A stretch of DNA of 64,000 nt from Pseudomonadota bacterium (GTDB lineage Bacteria; Pseudomonadota; Alphaproteobacteria; MPNO01; UBA2964): the NCBI GenBank assembly GCA_036339375.1, contig JAYZBC010000025.1, positions 27,271 through 91,270 of the forward strand, written 5' to 3'. Positions 37,305 to 47,523 of this stretch are shown in pieces (the first letter of the stretch is position 1; each line of letters starts with the position of its first letter). Both the position numbers and the translations under genes were made by a program. The notes under the pieces are model-generated. The model saw only the letters and a list, made by a program, of their open reading frames with translations, was not told the DNA's origin and made no database searches.

Positions 37305-38687
37305 CTAACCAAATAAAAGTCTTGGTAGCCATGTTGCTAGTTCTGGCCAAAAAGCCAAAATGATTAATCCTAAAACCTGAATAGTTACAAAGGGAATGAT
37401 CCCTCGGTAAATATCCATGGTGGTAACGGATTCAGGGGCAACACCCCTTAAGTAAAATAGTGCAAACCCGAATGGCGGTGTAAGGAAACTGGTTTGCAAA
37501 TTTATGGCAATCATCACACCGAACCACACCGGATTTAAATCCATACCTAACAAAATAGGCCCTACAATTGGGACTACTACAAAAATAATTTCAATAAAAT
37601 CAAGGAAAAAACCCATTAAAAACATTAATGCCATAACGGCAAACATAGCGCCAAACGCCCCGCCTGGAATGTCTTTAAGTAACGCTTCTACAATATCGTC
37701 CCCTCCGAACCCTCTGAAAGTGAGGGAAAAGATAGAAGCTCCTAATAAAATGACAAAGACCATCGAGCTAATACTCAATGTAGAACGCATAACCTCACGA
37801 AGGATCACGATACTGAATTGTTTATGGCTGGCGGCTAATACAACAGCACCTACGGCGCCAACTGCTGCAGATTCTGTTGGCGTTGCCGCTCCAGCCAAAA
37901 TTGAGCCAAGGACGAGTGTAATAAGTAAAGCGGGCGGAACCAAAACTTTTAATATTCTTTGTCCAAGATCATCTGGGCGCCCTTCTTGGTCAACGAGTGC
38001 AGGGCAAGACTTTGGATGCAAGACGGCCTTAAGTAAAATCCATCCGATATAAAGACCAACCAAAACAAGTCCAGGCAAAAAGGCACCAGCAAATAAATCA
38101 ACAACCGAAACTGGGTCAGGGGCAAAATTTCCTTTTCCTAGCTGTGCCTGTGTATTAGCACCCTGAAGTATATCCCCAAGCAAGACCAGTACAATGGACG
38201 GCGGAATGACCTGCCCCAGTGTCCCAGAGGCACAAATTGTCCCAGTCGCCAATTTTGGATCATAACCTGCTTTGAGCATAGCAGGCAGACTGAGCAAACC
38301 CATTGTAACCACTGTTGCTCCGACAATACCAGTCGACGCAGCAAGAACCGCACCAACTGCTATAACTGAAATTCCAAGTCCACCCCTTAAACGACCAAAC
38401 ATAAGGCCCATCGTTTCCAAGAGTTGTTCCGCAATTCGGGATCTTTCCAACATTACCCCCATGAAAACAAATAGAGGCACCGCCACTAAAACCTCGTTTG
38501 TCATCACTCCTATAAAACGCGATGGGATCGCACCAAATAAAAGGTTGAGATCAAATACATGGAAATAAGTGCCAATAAGAGCAAAAACCAAAGGCACCCC
38601 GGAAAGGGTAAACGCCACAGGAAAACCGAAAAGGAGAACACCACAAGTGGCTATAAACATCAAAAGTGCAAGAAACCCGGCCTCCAC
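37305..38687 (-). CDS. dctM: TRAP transporter large permease
   Basis: 460 aa polytopic membrane protein with DctM-family conservation. Confidence 0.85.
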   Translation of the reverse strand: MEAGFLALLMFIATCGVLLFGFPVAFTLSGVPLVFALIGTYFHVFDLNLLFGAIPSRFIGVMTNEVLVAVPLFVFMGVMLERSRIAEQLLETMGLMFGRLRGGLGISVIAVGAVLAASTGIVGATVVTMGLLSLPAMLKAGYDPKLATGTICASGTLGQVIPPSIVLVLLGDILQGANTQAQLGKGNFAPDPVSVVDLFAGAFLPGLVLVGLYIGWILLKAVLHPKSCPALVDQEGRPDDLGQRILKVLVPPALLITLVLGSILAGAATPTESAAVGAVGAVVLAASHKQFSIVILREVMRSTLSISSMVFVILLGASIFSLTFRGFGGDDIVEALLKDIPGGAFGAMFAVMALMFLMGFFLDFIEIIFVVVPIVGPILLGMDLNPVWFGVMIAINLQTSFLTPPFGFALFYLRGVAPESVTTMDIYRGIIPFVTIQVLGLIILAFWPELATWLPRLLFG

Positions 38688-38689
38688 AC

Positions 38690-39238
38690 TCAGATTCTCC
38701 CCAAACCTACTTTATCTTTTGGAATTAAATGTTTCTGTTTGCTAATGATCAAAATACTTCGAGACGCAAGCGAAATTCCTTGTAGGGCAACACAGATGCA
38801 AAAACCCCAAATTACTGTTTTTAGTAAAAACAGGCCAGGTAACCCGCCAGCTTCCCGGGATTCTTCTAAACCCTTCCAACTCTTAAGCACATAATCCCAG
38901 CTGCCAAAAAAAGCCAAAGTGATAACCGGTAGCAAAAGAAAAACGACACCTAAAAGATCTACCCAGGCTTTTTTTTCATCCGACTTAGGACGATAAAAAA
39001 TATCAACTCTTACGTGTCCATTATGCAAAAGTGTGTAACCAGCACCGAGCATAAAAACAATACCGTGAAGCCATACATAAGACTCTTGCATCCAGACCCA
39101 ACCTAAAGAAAATACATACCTAAAAACAACAACAGCGAATGTAACTAGGACCATAGCTAGGGTGAGCCAAGCTATCCCCCGACCAACTGTGTCATTAAAA
39201 TTATCAATAACCCTCACAAGTGCGACGAGTACTTTCAT
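38690..39238 (-). CDS. dctQ: TRAP transporter small permease
   Basis: 182 aa with four TM helices, immediately upstream of dctM (2-nt gap). Confidence 0.7.
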   Translation of the reverse strand: MKVLVALVRVIDNFNDTVGRGIAWLTLAMVLVTFAVVVFRYVFSLGWVWMQESYVWLHGIVFMLGAGYTLLHNGHVRVDIFYRPKSDEKKAWVDLLGVVFLLLPVITLAFFGSWDYVLKSWKGLEESREAGGLPGLFLLKTVIWGFCICVALQGISLASRSILIISKQKHLIPKDKVGLGRI

Positions 39239-39255
39239 CTCGGTTTCCTAAATTT

Positions 39256-41484
39256 CTAAAACTTATTTAAACGTGAAAAACCCTTGGGGGCGAGGCGCCC
39301 AAATTGCGCACGTTTTCCGAACCAATCTCGTAGATTGGTTTCCCTACGGCTTCGTTGGCCAGTTTTCCAAACTAGTCCATCAGAGATATTAAACACTTTG
39401 ACATCTGATAAACCACCATCTTTATAACTTTGTAATTTGACACCTCGGCCCCTGGACATTTCAGGAATTTCGCGAAGCGGAAAAATTAGCATTTTGTGGT
39501 TATCTCCAATCACAGCTACAAAATCTGAGTTTTCCGGAAGGGCTGAACAAGCACAAGCTTTTATTGCATTAGGCACATTAAGCACCTGTTTCCCACTTCG
39601 AGTTTGGGCAATTACTTCGTCTTCAGATACAACAAACCCTCGGCCATCCGAAGCCACCACCAATAATTTTTGTTTGGGTTTGTAAATTAATAAATCTACA
39701 ATTTCGTGATCATTACCGAGTCCAACCAAGAGGCGTACCGGCTCTCCTTGCCCCCTCCCTCCAGGTAATTTATCACAGCCAATTGTGTAGAATCGTCCAT
39801 TAGTCCCAAAAATTAAAACTTTATCTGTTGTTTCCGCTTTTAAAGCAAACCGAAACCGATCGCCCTCTTTAAATTTTACAGCAGAAAGGTCTTCAATATG
39901 TCCTTTGATTGCTTTTATCCAACCTTTTTGAGAACAAATAACAGTAATTGGTTCTTTTTCTGTAACTGCCATCAGTGGAAGAATTTTAGCACTGGGAGCT
40001 GTTCCTATTTCTGTTCTCCTTTTTCCCAATTCAGTCTTCTTACCAAATTTTTTTCGAATTTCACTCAATTCTTCGGAAATTTTTTTCCATCTCATGGTTT
40101 GATTTTTTAATAAAAAATTTAACTGATCTCTTTCCTTTTCCAGCTCTGTTATTTCCTTTCGAAGCTTTATCTCTTCTAACTTTCGTAATGCTCTTAACCT
40201 AATGTTCAAAATAGCTTCCACTTGGCCCTCGCTTAGTCGCCATTTGTTCATCATAATTTTTTTTGGATCATCATCCTCTCTGATAATTAAAATTACTGCG
40301 TCAATGTTAAGATAAACTAACATATAGCCATCGAGCACCTCGAGACGCTTTTCTATTTTGTTTAGTTGGTTTTGGCTGCGGCGAGTTAGCACTTCATGAC
40401 GGTGATCTAAATATGCCTGTAGAACGCTCCTTAAATCTAAAACTCCTGGAATTTTCTTTGAGTTTAACACGTTTAAATTCAGCCCAACCCGAACTTCCAA
40501 ATCTGTATTTTGAAACAATGCTTCCATTAAAATTTCTGGCGAAATAGACCGAGTTCGAGGTTCCAAAACGAGCCGAACATCAGCTGAAGATTCATCCCTA
40601 ACATCCTCAAGCAAGGGTAATTTTTTTTCCAGCAAAAGCTCTGCAATTTTTTCGACCAGTCGTCCCTTTTGTACTTGGTAGGGGATTTCACTTACTACAA
40701 TTTGCCATAGACCGCGTCCTAAGTTTTCGACCTCCCAACGAGCACGAAGCCGAAAACTGCCCCGACCAGTGGAATATGATTTTTTAATCAAATTAGGAGC
40801 CTCAGCTAAAATGCCTCCAGTTGGAAAGTCAGGGCCGGGCATTAAAGATAGAATTTTATCTAAAGTTGCCTTCGGATATTTTATTAAATGTATTAGCGCT
40901 TGGCAGATTTCGTCTAAATTGTGAGGGGGAATTGAAGTCGCCATTCCTACAGCAATGCCAGTTGCTCCATTGGCAAGCAAATTCGGTACAGCCGCTGGCA
41001 TTAACGCTGGTTCGTCTTCAGTGCCGTCGTAGTTTTCTTGAAAGCTTACTGCATCCTGGTTGATGCCGTCTAGCATAGCCAAGGCGTAGTCGGTTAACCT
41101 AGCTTCGGTATAACGCATCGCAGCAGCCGAATCCCCATCTAGGTTCCCAAAATTACCCTGTCCTTCTATAAGAGGAAAACGGGCCGCAAACTCTTGTGCC
41201 ATTCTTACCAAAGCATCATAGACGGCTGTGTCACCATGCGGATGGTATTTTCCAATTACATCTCCAACCACACGGGCACATTTTTTAAAACCAGTCCTTG
41301 GATCTAAATTTAACTGTTGCATTGCAAATAGTAATCGACGATGAACCGGTTTCAAACCGTCACGTACGTCGGGAAGAGAGCGAGAGGTAATTGTAGACAT
41401 AGCGTAAGCGAGATACCTTTCTCCAAGCGCAATGTCTAAAGGAATTTCAGCGGTATTTGTTGTGGTTTCCGTTACTTTTTCCAT
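39256..41484 (-). CDS. parC: DNA topoisomerase IV subunit A
   Basis: 742 aa type IIA topoisomerase A subunit (...RDGLKPVHRRLLFAM..., active-site Tyr region), with a ParC-like length. Confidence 0.8.
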   Translation of the reverse strand: MEKVTETTTNTAEIPLDIALGERYLAYAMSTITSRSLPDVRDGLKPVHRRLLFAMQQLNLDPRTGFKKCARVVGDVIGKYHPHGDTAVYDALVRMAQEFAARFPLIEGQGNFGNLDGDSAAAMRYTEARLTDYALAMLDGINQDAVSFQENYDGTEDEPALMPAAVPNLLANGATGIAVGMATSIPPHNLDEICQALIHLIKYPKATLDKILSLMPGPDFPTGGILAEAPNLIKKSYSTGRGSFRLRARWEVENLGRGLWQIVVSEIPYQVQKGRLVEKIAELLLEKKLPLLEDVRDESSADVRLVLEPRTRSISPEILMEALFQNTDLEVRVGLNLNVLNSKKIPGVLDLRSVLQAYLDHRHEVLTRRSQNQLNKIEKRLEVLDGYMLVYLNIDAVILIIREDDDPKKIMMNKWRLSEGQVEAILNIRLRALRKLEEIKLRKEITELEKERDQLNFLLKNQTMRWKKISEELSEIRKKFGKKTELGKRRTEIGTAPSAKILPLMAVTEKEPITVICSQKGWIKAIKGHIEDLSAVKFKEGDRFRFALKAETTDKVLIFGTNGRFYTIGCDKLPGGRGQGEPVRLLVGLGNDHEIVDLLIYKPKQKLLVVASDGRGFVVSEDEVIAQTRSGKQVLNVPNAIKACACSALPENSDFVAVIGDNHKMLIFPLREIPEMSRGRGVKLQSYKDGGLSDVKVFNISDGLVWKTGQRSRRETNLRDWFGKRAQFGRLAPKGFSRLNKF

Positions 41485-41576
41485 GAGATACTTTATACAC
41501 TATATATAGTAGCCAAGCACTAAAAACACCCTAAATTTGTTTAATTGGATAAAATCAACGAAATTTACTTGAAAGT

Positions 41577-42305
41577 TTAGACTCGATTCTTTTCAAAAAA
41601 TTCTGCGAGCCTAATACGGGCCGCTGGCAGTTTTTGATTTACATCATTCAGTGCGTGACGAGCGAGAAAATACCCGGTCAAAGTAAACCCTTTAGAAAGA
41701 CAAGCACTTTCAACTTTGTGTTCGTCTTGAGAAATAAAAAAAGCTGGAAGATCTAAAAGTTTTTTACGATATTTTTTTCCTGCTGCAGCAGAAACTGAAC
41801 GACCAGATTTAGGAGACACGTAAATTAAATCTTGTTTTGATCCAGTAGCAGCACATTCGGTTAAATCTAAACCAAACCCTAGATGCTGGAGAAGTTTCAT
41901 TTCCCAACGTAAATACCGAATTTCCCACCCAGTTTTTCCTAAGAATTCAATTAATTGAGTCAATTCCGCAAACTGTTCTGGAACTGGCGCGCGTTCTGGC
42001 AATACTACATCAAGAATTGCAGTCGCCGAGCTTAATGCTATCAATGGTAATGGATCATTAAATAAAACAGCAGCATTGGATTTAACGAGTTCTCCTATAA
42101 AAGTGCCAAGATGTTCGATAAGCCGACCTTTCCATTCCACTCGCAAATGATTTCCAGGCTGGTATAGACCACGATTTCGGGTACTAGAGCCTGCACGTAC
42201 CATGCCTGAATGACGACCGTGTTTATTAGTCAATAAATTTACAATTAGAGAATTTTCGCCATAACGGCGAGTTGACAATACTAGACCTTCATCTTTCCAA
42301 ATCAT
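41577..42305 (-). CDS. recO: DNA repair protein RecO
   Basis: 242 aa with RecO N-terminal OB-fold and C-terminal domain conservation. Confidence 0.8.
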   Translation of the reverse strand: MIWKDEGLVLSTRRYGENSLIVNLLTNKHGRHSGMVRAGSSTRNRGLYQPGNHLRVEWKGRLIEHLGTFIGELVKSNAAVLFNDPLPLIALSSATAILDVVLPERAPVPEQFAELTQLIEFLGKTGWEIRYLRWEMKLLQHLGFGLDLTECAATGSKQDLIYVSPKSGRSVSAAAGKKYRKKLLDLPAFFISQDEHKVESACLSKGFTLTGYFLARHALNDVNQKLPAARIRLAEFFEKNRV

Positions 42306-42389
42306 AATGGTTTATAACGGATTGCCTGCTGATTGGTATATAAATTAAAATAATCTTTTACATACAACAATTTTAAACAAAGCATTGAA

Positions 42390-43910
42390 TTGAAACGACG
42401 AAGATTTATTAATGGCTTGATTGGAATTTCAGTAGCACCCTTGATTATTGCTAATTCCAAAACTCGAACGCGGTTCATTGAAGGAATTTCCGCAGGTGAT
42501 CCGGCGTCAGATACTGCCGTGATTTGGGCAAAAACAAATAAATCTGCTCAAATGTTTTTAGAATGGTCGACCACCAACAATTTTGAAAATGGTTTTCGGA
42601 TTGCCGGTCCTCATGTTTCAAAACAAAACGGACATATTGGAAAAATTGCTTTAAGTGGATTGCCTCCGGGGCAGAAAATTTTTTATCGTATCACCTTTGG
42701 TCATAGTAGAAACAAAATTTCTAAAATTGGTAAATTGCAAACTCCACACATGGAGCGTGATGTTAGCTTTGTTTTTGGCGGCGACCAGTGTGGGGCGGGT
42801 TGGGGTATCAATCCAGATTGGGGAGGGCTTCGAATATTTGAAACGATGCACAAAACAAACCCGGATTTTTTGATCCACCTTGGTGATCGAATTTATGCTG
42901 ATACGCCTCTACAGGAGAGTGTATATATTGGGAATAATTCTTATTGGCGCAACATCGTTACACCAGAAAAATTACAACCTGCACAAACTCTTGAAGAATT
43001 TAGAGGAAATTACAGTTATAACTTTCTTGATAGACATTTTAGAAAATTTTCAGCGGAAGTCCCGATTATGGCGACTTGGGATGATCATGAAGTCACTAAT
43101 AATTGGTGGCCTCACCGACGTTTTAGCAAACGTTTAATCGAACACAAGGGTTATATTAACAGGGATGTAGATTTCCTCCTGCAAAACGGGCGTCAAGCAT
43201 TCTTTGATTTTACACCAATGTCACGATTTAAAAACGATCCGAACAGAATTTATAGAAAGATCTCCTACGGAAAATTGATTGACGTTTTTCTATTAGATTC
43301 TAGAAGTTACCGATCCAACAATAATTTAGAGAAATCGAGAAAATTAGGAGAACATTCAGCGTTACTTGGAAACACTCAAGTAAATTGGTTAAAACAAAGC
43401 CTTGCGCATTCTAAAGCTACTTGGAAGGTGATTGGCAATCCTTTACCTATTTCACATACAAGCAAAAACTATCGCCGTCGTTATGATAAATTCGGAAATT
43501 ATGGGGATTACGAGCCACTACACCGGGAAATCGAAATTGCTGACGTTCTTTCTCACATAAAAAACCAGAAAATCAAAAATGTCGTTTGGTTAGCAGCCGA
43601 TGTTCACTATTCTGCCGCAAACCATTTCCACGCAGATAGAGCAAGTTTCAAAAATTTCGACCCTTTTTGGGAATTTATTTCAGGGCCATTTCACACGCGA
43701 CCAGGACGTGGTGTTAGCTTAGATATGACGTTTGGCCCAGAAAGAATTTTTCGGACACCGCGGGCACCTAAAGGCAATTTGCCACCTAGTGAAGAATACC
43801 TATACTTCGGACATGGCAGAATTCTCAAAGAAAACAGTGATTTAATTATTACTATACGTAACTTGCAAGGAAAAACGCTCTTTGAAAAACGGATAGCAGC
43901 TTCAAAGTAA
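42390..43910 (+). CDS. phoD: PhoD-like alkaline phosphatase / phosphodiesterase
   Basis: 506 aa with an N-terminal RRRF twin-arginine-like signal and PhoD metallophosphatase motifs (GDQ..., ...GDRIYAD..., ...WDDHEV...). Confidence 0.75.
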   Translation: MKRRRFINGLIGISVAPLIIANSKTRTRFIEGISAGDPASDTAVIWAKTNKSAQMFLEWSTTNNFENGFRIAGPHVSKQNGHIGKIALSGLPPGQKIFYRITFGHSRNKISKIGKLQTPHMERDVSFVFGGDQCGAGWGINPDWGGLRIFETMHKTNPDFLIHLGDRIYADTPLQESVYIGNNSYWRNIVTPEKLQPAQTLEEFRGNYSYNFLDRHFRKFSAEVPIMATWDDHEVTNNWWPHRRFSKRLIEHKGYINRDVDFLLQNGRQAFFDFTPMSRFKNDPNRIYRKISYGKLIDVFLLDSRSYRSNNNLEKSRKLGEHSALLGNTQVNWLKQSLAHSKATWKVIGNPLPISHTSKNYRRRYDKFGNYGDYEPLHREIEIADVLSHIKNQKIKNVVWLAADVHYSAANHFHADRASFKNFDPFWEFISGPFHTRPGRGVSLDMTFGPERIFRTPRAPKGNLPPSEEYLYFGHGRILKENSDLIITIRNLQGKTLFEKRIAASK

Positions 43911-43916
43911 TTTTCT

Positions 43917-44822
43917 TTAATTTACAAAATCAAGCCCTATTTCCCTATATCGTGCGGGCTCATCAGCCCAACTCTCGCGGACTTTGACAAAAACAAATAA
44001 ATGGACCCGGCAACGCAGGATTTTTTGCAGCTCTTCTCGCGCTTCAATCCCCACCCGTTTGATTTGTTTTCCCCCTTTTCCAAGGACAATTCCCCGTTGA
44101 CCCGCCCGCTCTACATAAACAATTTGGTGAATTTTAACACTACCGTCCCCACAGTTTTGCCACTCTTCCGTTTCAACAGTTAGTGAGTATGGTAACTCCT
44201 GATGTAGATGAAGAAACAGTTTTTCTCGGGTTATCTCTGCTGCAAATAAACGTTCGTTTAAATCTGTAAGTTGGTCTTCTGGATACAACCAAGGACCACT
44301 CGGCAATTCTTCAAACAATTTTTCTAACAAATCTGTTACCCCATCACCATTTAAAGCCGAAACCATAAAAATACTGGGAAAATCAGAAACTTCAGAAAAA
44401 CCTTTGGTTAGGTTCAAAAGATATGAGCGGGAAATTAAATCTATTTTATTCAACACAAGGATGGGACTTTTGCCGATTTTCTGAAGCTCGAAAACAATAT
44501 TTATCACGTCTTCATGTAAGCCCTTTTTTGAATCTATCAAAAGAACAATTTTATCGGCATCGTAAACACCACGCCAAGCGGCAGAAACCATAGCTCTATC
44601 CAACCTGCGGACGGGAACGAAAATACCGGGTGTGTCAATGAAAACCAACTGGAATGGTTTTTGAGTTAGCACCCCTAAAACACGGGTACGAGTTGTTTGT
44701 ACCTTATGGGTAACAATAGAAACTTTAGTTCCCATAAACCTATTTACCAGGGTGGACTTCCCAGAATTGGTTGGCCCAATTATAGCAATGTAACCGAAAA
44801 ATGGTTTGAACTTGTCAATCAA
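43917..44822 (-). CDS. era: GTPase Era
   Basis: 301 aa with G1 (GPTNSGKST), G3 (DTPG), G4 (NKID) motifs and a KH domain. Confidence 0.9.
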   Translation of the reverse strand: MIDKFKPFFGYIAIIGPTNSGKSTLVNRFMGTKVSIVTHKVQTTRTRVLGVLTQKPFQLVFIDTPGIFVPVRRLDRAMVSAAWRGVYDADKIVLLIDSKKGLHEDVINIVFELQKIGKSPILVLNKIDLISRSYLLNLTKGFSEVSDFPSIFMVSALNGDGVTDLLEKLFEELPSGPWLYPEDQLTDLNERLFAAEITREKLFLHLHQELPYSLTVETEEWQNCGDGSVKIHQIVYVERAGQRGIVLGKGGKQIKRVGIEAREELQKILRCRVHLFVFVKVRESWADEPARYREIGLDFVN

Positions 44823-45492
44823 AAGAATTTTTCCTTAGGACATCAAGTAGTGCATTAGCGGCAGCCTGTTCAGCAATTCGCTTTGAATTGCCTTCTCCTG
44901 CCCTAGCTTCAAATCCTTTCAATAAAACGGAGATGGTGAATAGTGGTTGGTGATCTGGGCCGCTGCGCTTAATTTCTCGATATTCTGGTAAACCAAGTTT
45001 ATGAGCTTGCGCCCATTCTTGTAATTTTGTTTTTGGGTCTGTCGGCGGCTCTTTATTTTCGCCCAATATTGGAATAAATAACCCCTCAATTACAAAGCTT
45101 GCAGCTTTAAATCCACCATCACAAAAGACTGCACCAAACAAAGCCTCCATCACATCAGCTAGTATTGACTGATTAACCTCTGTCCCTTTTCCTACTGAAA
45201 CAAATTTTTCGAGACCAATTTTGGAAGCTATAGAATACAGACATTTTTTATCTACCAAACCACTTAAACGACGCGATAATTCTCCTTCATTTTCGTTGTC
45301 ATAAGTTCTTATCAACAAATCCGAGATTACTAAACCAAGAACCCGGTCCCCAAGAAATTCGAGACGTTCGTAGGAAATTTTTTCTTTACCATCTGTGCTA
45401 GCATGCGTCAGAGCGTTTTCAAGCAAATCTGAATCCGCAAATTGATAGCCGACCCGTTCACACAACTCGTTTTTTAAAAGTGCAAAAGACAA
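44815..45492 (-). CDS. rnc: Ribonuclease III
   Basis: 225 aa with the RNase III signature ERLEFLGDRVL and a dsRBD. Confidence 0.85.
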   Translation of the reverse strand: MSFALLKNELCERVGYQFADSDLLENALTHASTDGKEKISYERLEFLGDRVLGLVISDLLIRTYDNENEGELSRRLSGLVDKKCLYSIASKIGLEKFVSVGKGTEVNQSILADVMEALFGAVFCDGGFKAASFVIEGLFIPILGENKEPPTDPKTKLQEWAQAHKLGLPEYREIKRSGPDHQPLFTISVLLKGFEARAGEGNSKRIAEQAAANALLDVLRKNSFD

Positions 45493-45494
45493 AG

Positions 45495-46253
45495 CTAAAT
45501 AATAGGTTGAAAAAATCTGCTAAAACGCATGGCTTTAAACCAACCCCAAAACTCAAACAACCCAGCGGTCCCATCAGTAGAAAAAAACAAGACCTCCGCA
45601 CGCCCTACCAAATTTTCAAAAGGTATGAAGCCTACCCCACCAATATTTGCACGATTGGGAACACGGCTATCAAGAGAATTATCCCGATTGTCGCCTAGGG
45701 CAAAATAATGGGATTTTGGGACAATATAGATTGGTGTATTATCAAGGGGACCCGTATCTTCATTTTTTTCAAGAATTTTATAGGCACGGCCATTAGGTAA
45801 TGTTTCTAAAAACTGTGGCGCTACTTCCAACCGTCCATTTTGGGAAATATTGGTAAACGGCTCAATTCTTTGTCTTGTCACCATTCTTTTATTTAAAAAC
45901 AATCGTCCACCTTTTATCTGAATACTATCACCAGGCAGGCCAATAATTCGTTTTATATAATCTGTCTTGTTATTTGAGGGTAGCTTGAAAACGGCCACGT
46001 CACCTCTTTTAAGTGGCGACGCAAAAAAACGACCCGAAAAAATTTGCGGGCTAAGTGGAAAAGAATGTTTGCTGTAGCCGTATGAAAATTTTGAAACGAA
46101 AAGATAATCCCCTATCAGTAAAGTCGGGATCATCGACCCAGAGGGTATATTAAAAGGTTCGTAACCAAATGTTCTTATTATGACAGCTATTAAAACAGCA
46201 TAACAAACCGTTTTAATGGTTTCCAAAAAGCCACCTTTGCTCAAATTTTTCAC
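45495..46253 (-). CDS. lepB: Signal peptidase I
   Basis: 252 aa with an N-terminal TM helix and the SPase I catalytic Ser box (IPSGSMIPTL) and Lys box. Confidence 0.85.
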   Translation of the reverse strand: MKNLSKGGFLETIKTVCYAVLIAVIIRTFGYEPFNIPSGSMIPTLLIGDYLFVSKFSYGYSKHSFPLSPQIFSGRFFASPLKRGDVAVFKLPSNNKTDYIKRIIGLPGDSIQIKGGRLFLNKRMVTRQRIEPFTNISQNGRLEVAPQFLETLPNGRAYKILEKNEDTGPLDNTPIYIVPKSHYFALGDNRDNSLDSRVPNRANIGGVGFIPFENLVGRAEVLFFSTDGTAGLFEFWGWFKAMRFSRFFQPII

Positions 46254-46342
46254 TAGAAAAATGCCATTGTTTATTTAAAAGGATGTCCGCGAAAAGCGTA
46301 CTTCGAAAAACTGATAAATACACCTCTTTCGTTCCCTGTCAA

Positions 46343-46750
46343 TTAAGAGTTGCCTTTGGGGATTACGGAAATAATGACGAAAGCTTCTGCAAGAGGATGT
46401 TCATCTGTCAGTGTTAATTCGATATTTGGTTTATATTCTTTCGGGGTAATATCAATTAACCTTTGTTTGGCGCCCCCAGTAAGAATAATGCTCGGCTTGC
46501 CACCGGGTAAATTTACTACACCGATGTCTCGCCCAAACACACCCTTACGAAACCCAGTCCCTAAGGCTTTAGAACAAGCCTCTTTCGCTGCAAATCGTTT
46601 GGCATAACTTTCCACACGATTTAACCGGCGTTCGGATACTTTTTGTTCAGTTGTTGTGAAAAAACGATTTAGAAATCTATCACCGTATCTTTTCAAGGTA
46701 CGCTCAATTCGGCGTATATCTATTAAGTCATTTCCAATACCAATGATCAT
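46343..46750 (-). CDS. acpS: Holo-[acyl-carrier-protein] synthase
   Basis: Start taken at the internal ATG (MIIGIGNDLIDIRRIE...), giving about 135 aa, the usual AcpS length. Confidence 0.8.
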   Translation of the reverse strand: MIIGIGNDLIDIRRIERTLKRYGDRFLNRFFTTTEQKVSERRLNRVESYAKRFAAKEACSKALGTGFRKGVFGRDIGVVNLPGGKPSIILTGGAKQRLIDITPKEYKPNIELTLTDEHPLAEAFVIISVIPKGNS

Positions 46751-46757
46751 TGTTTTT

Positions 46758-47513
46758 TTATGCCTTTTGTTGACACTCGCGCGCTTGACCAATCAAAGTC
46801 TTCATACGCTTAATTGCTTCACCTAATCCATTAAAGATCCCTTCGCCAATTAAAAAATGACCAATATTAAGTTCAGAAATTTCTGGAATCTTTGCGATTG
46901 GAGACACAGTTTCAAAATTTAGACCATGGCCTGCATGACATTCCAAACCAATTTTTTGGGCAAATTCAGCTGCTTCAACAATCAAACGTAACATTTGCTT
47001 TTGTTTGTTAGTACCGACCGGAACATCACAATATGCCCCGGTATGTAATTCTACTACAGGCGCACCAACTGACTTGGCAGCTTCTAACTGTTTTGTGTCT
47101 GGATCGATAAATAAAGAAACGCGTATCCCTTTTTCAGTTAAACGTTCAATAAAAGGTTTTAGAAAATTAGTTTCTCCTACTATATTAAGGCCTCCTTCCG
47201 TTGTTTTTTCCTCTCGTTTTTCAGGAACAATACATACTGCATTTGGATTGTAAAGAAGCGCTATTTCTAACATTTCAGGTGTAGCGGCCATCTCTAGATT
47301 TAAAGGTAAATTTATTTCTTCAATTAATTTTTTTATGTCAAAATCTTTGATATGACGACGGTCTTCCCGCAAATGTGCAGTTATACCATCTGCTCCAGCT
47401 TTGGCTGCAATTTTTGCGGCATGTATAGGATCCGGGTGGACACCACCACGGGCATTACGAATAGTTGCAACATGATCTATATTAACGCCAAGTCTGAGGT
47501 ATTGCCCTGACAT
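46758..47513 (-). CDS. pdxJ: Pyridoxine 5'-phosphate synthase
   Basis: Start at the ATG giving MSGQYLRLGVNIDHVATIRNARGG... (about 250 aa), the PdxJ signature. Confidence 0.85.
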   Translation of the reverse strand: MSGQYLRLGVNIDHVATIRNARGGVHPDPIHAAKIAAKAGADGITAHLREDRRHIKDFDIKKLIEEINLPLNLEMAATPEMLEIALLYNPNAVCIVPEKREEKTTEGGLNIVGETNFLKPFIERLTEKGIRVSLFIDPDTKQLEAAKSVGAPVVELHTGAYCDVPVGTNKQKQMLRLIVEAAEFAQKIGLECHAGHGLNFETVSPIAKIPEISELNIGHFLIGEGIFNGLGEAIKRMKTLIGQARECQQKA

Positions 47514-47523
47514 TTTGTAGCGT

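Noticed and set aside
37504-38568. 182-aa and 98-aa + strand ORFs inside dctM
   Set aside because: They are antisense to the polytopic DctM gene. The Ile/Thr/Pro-rich translation reflects the mirrored hydrophobic codons of the real gene.
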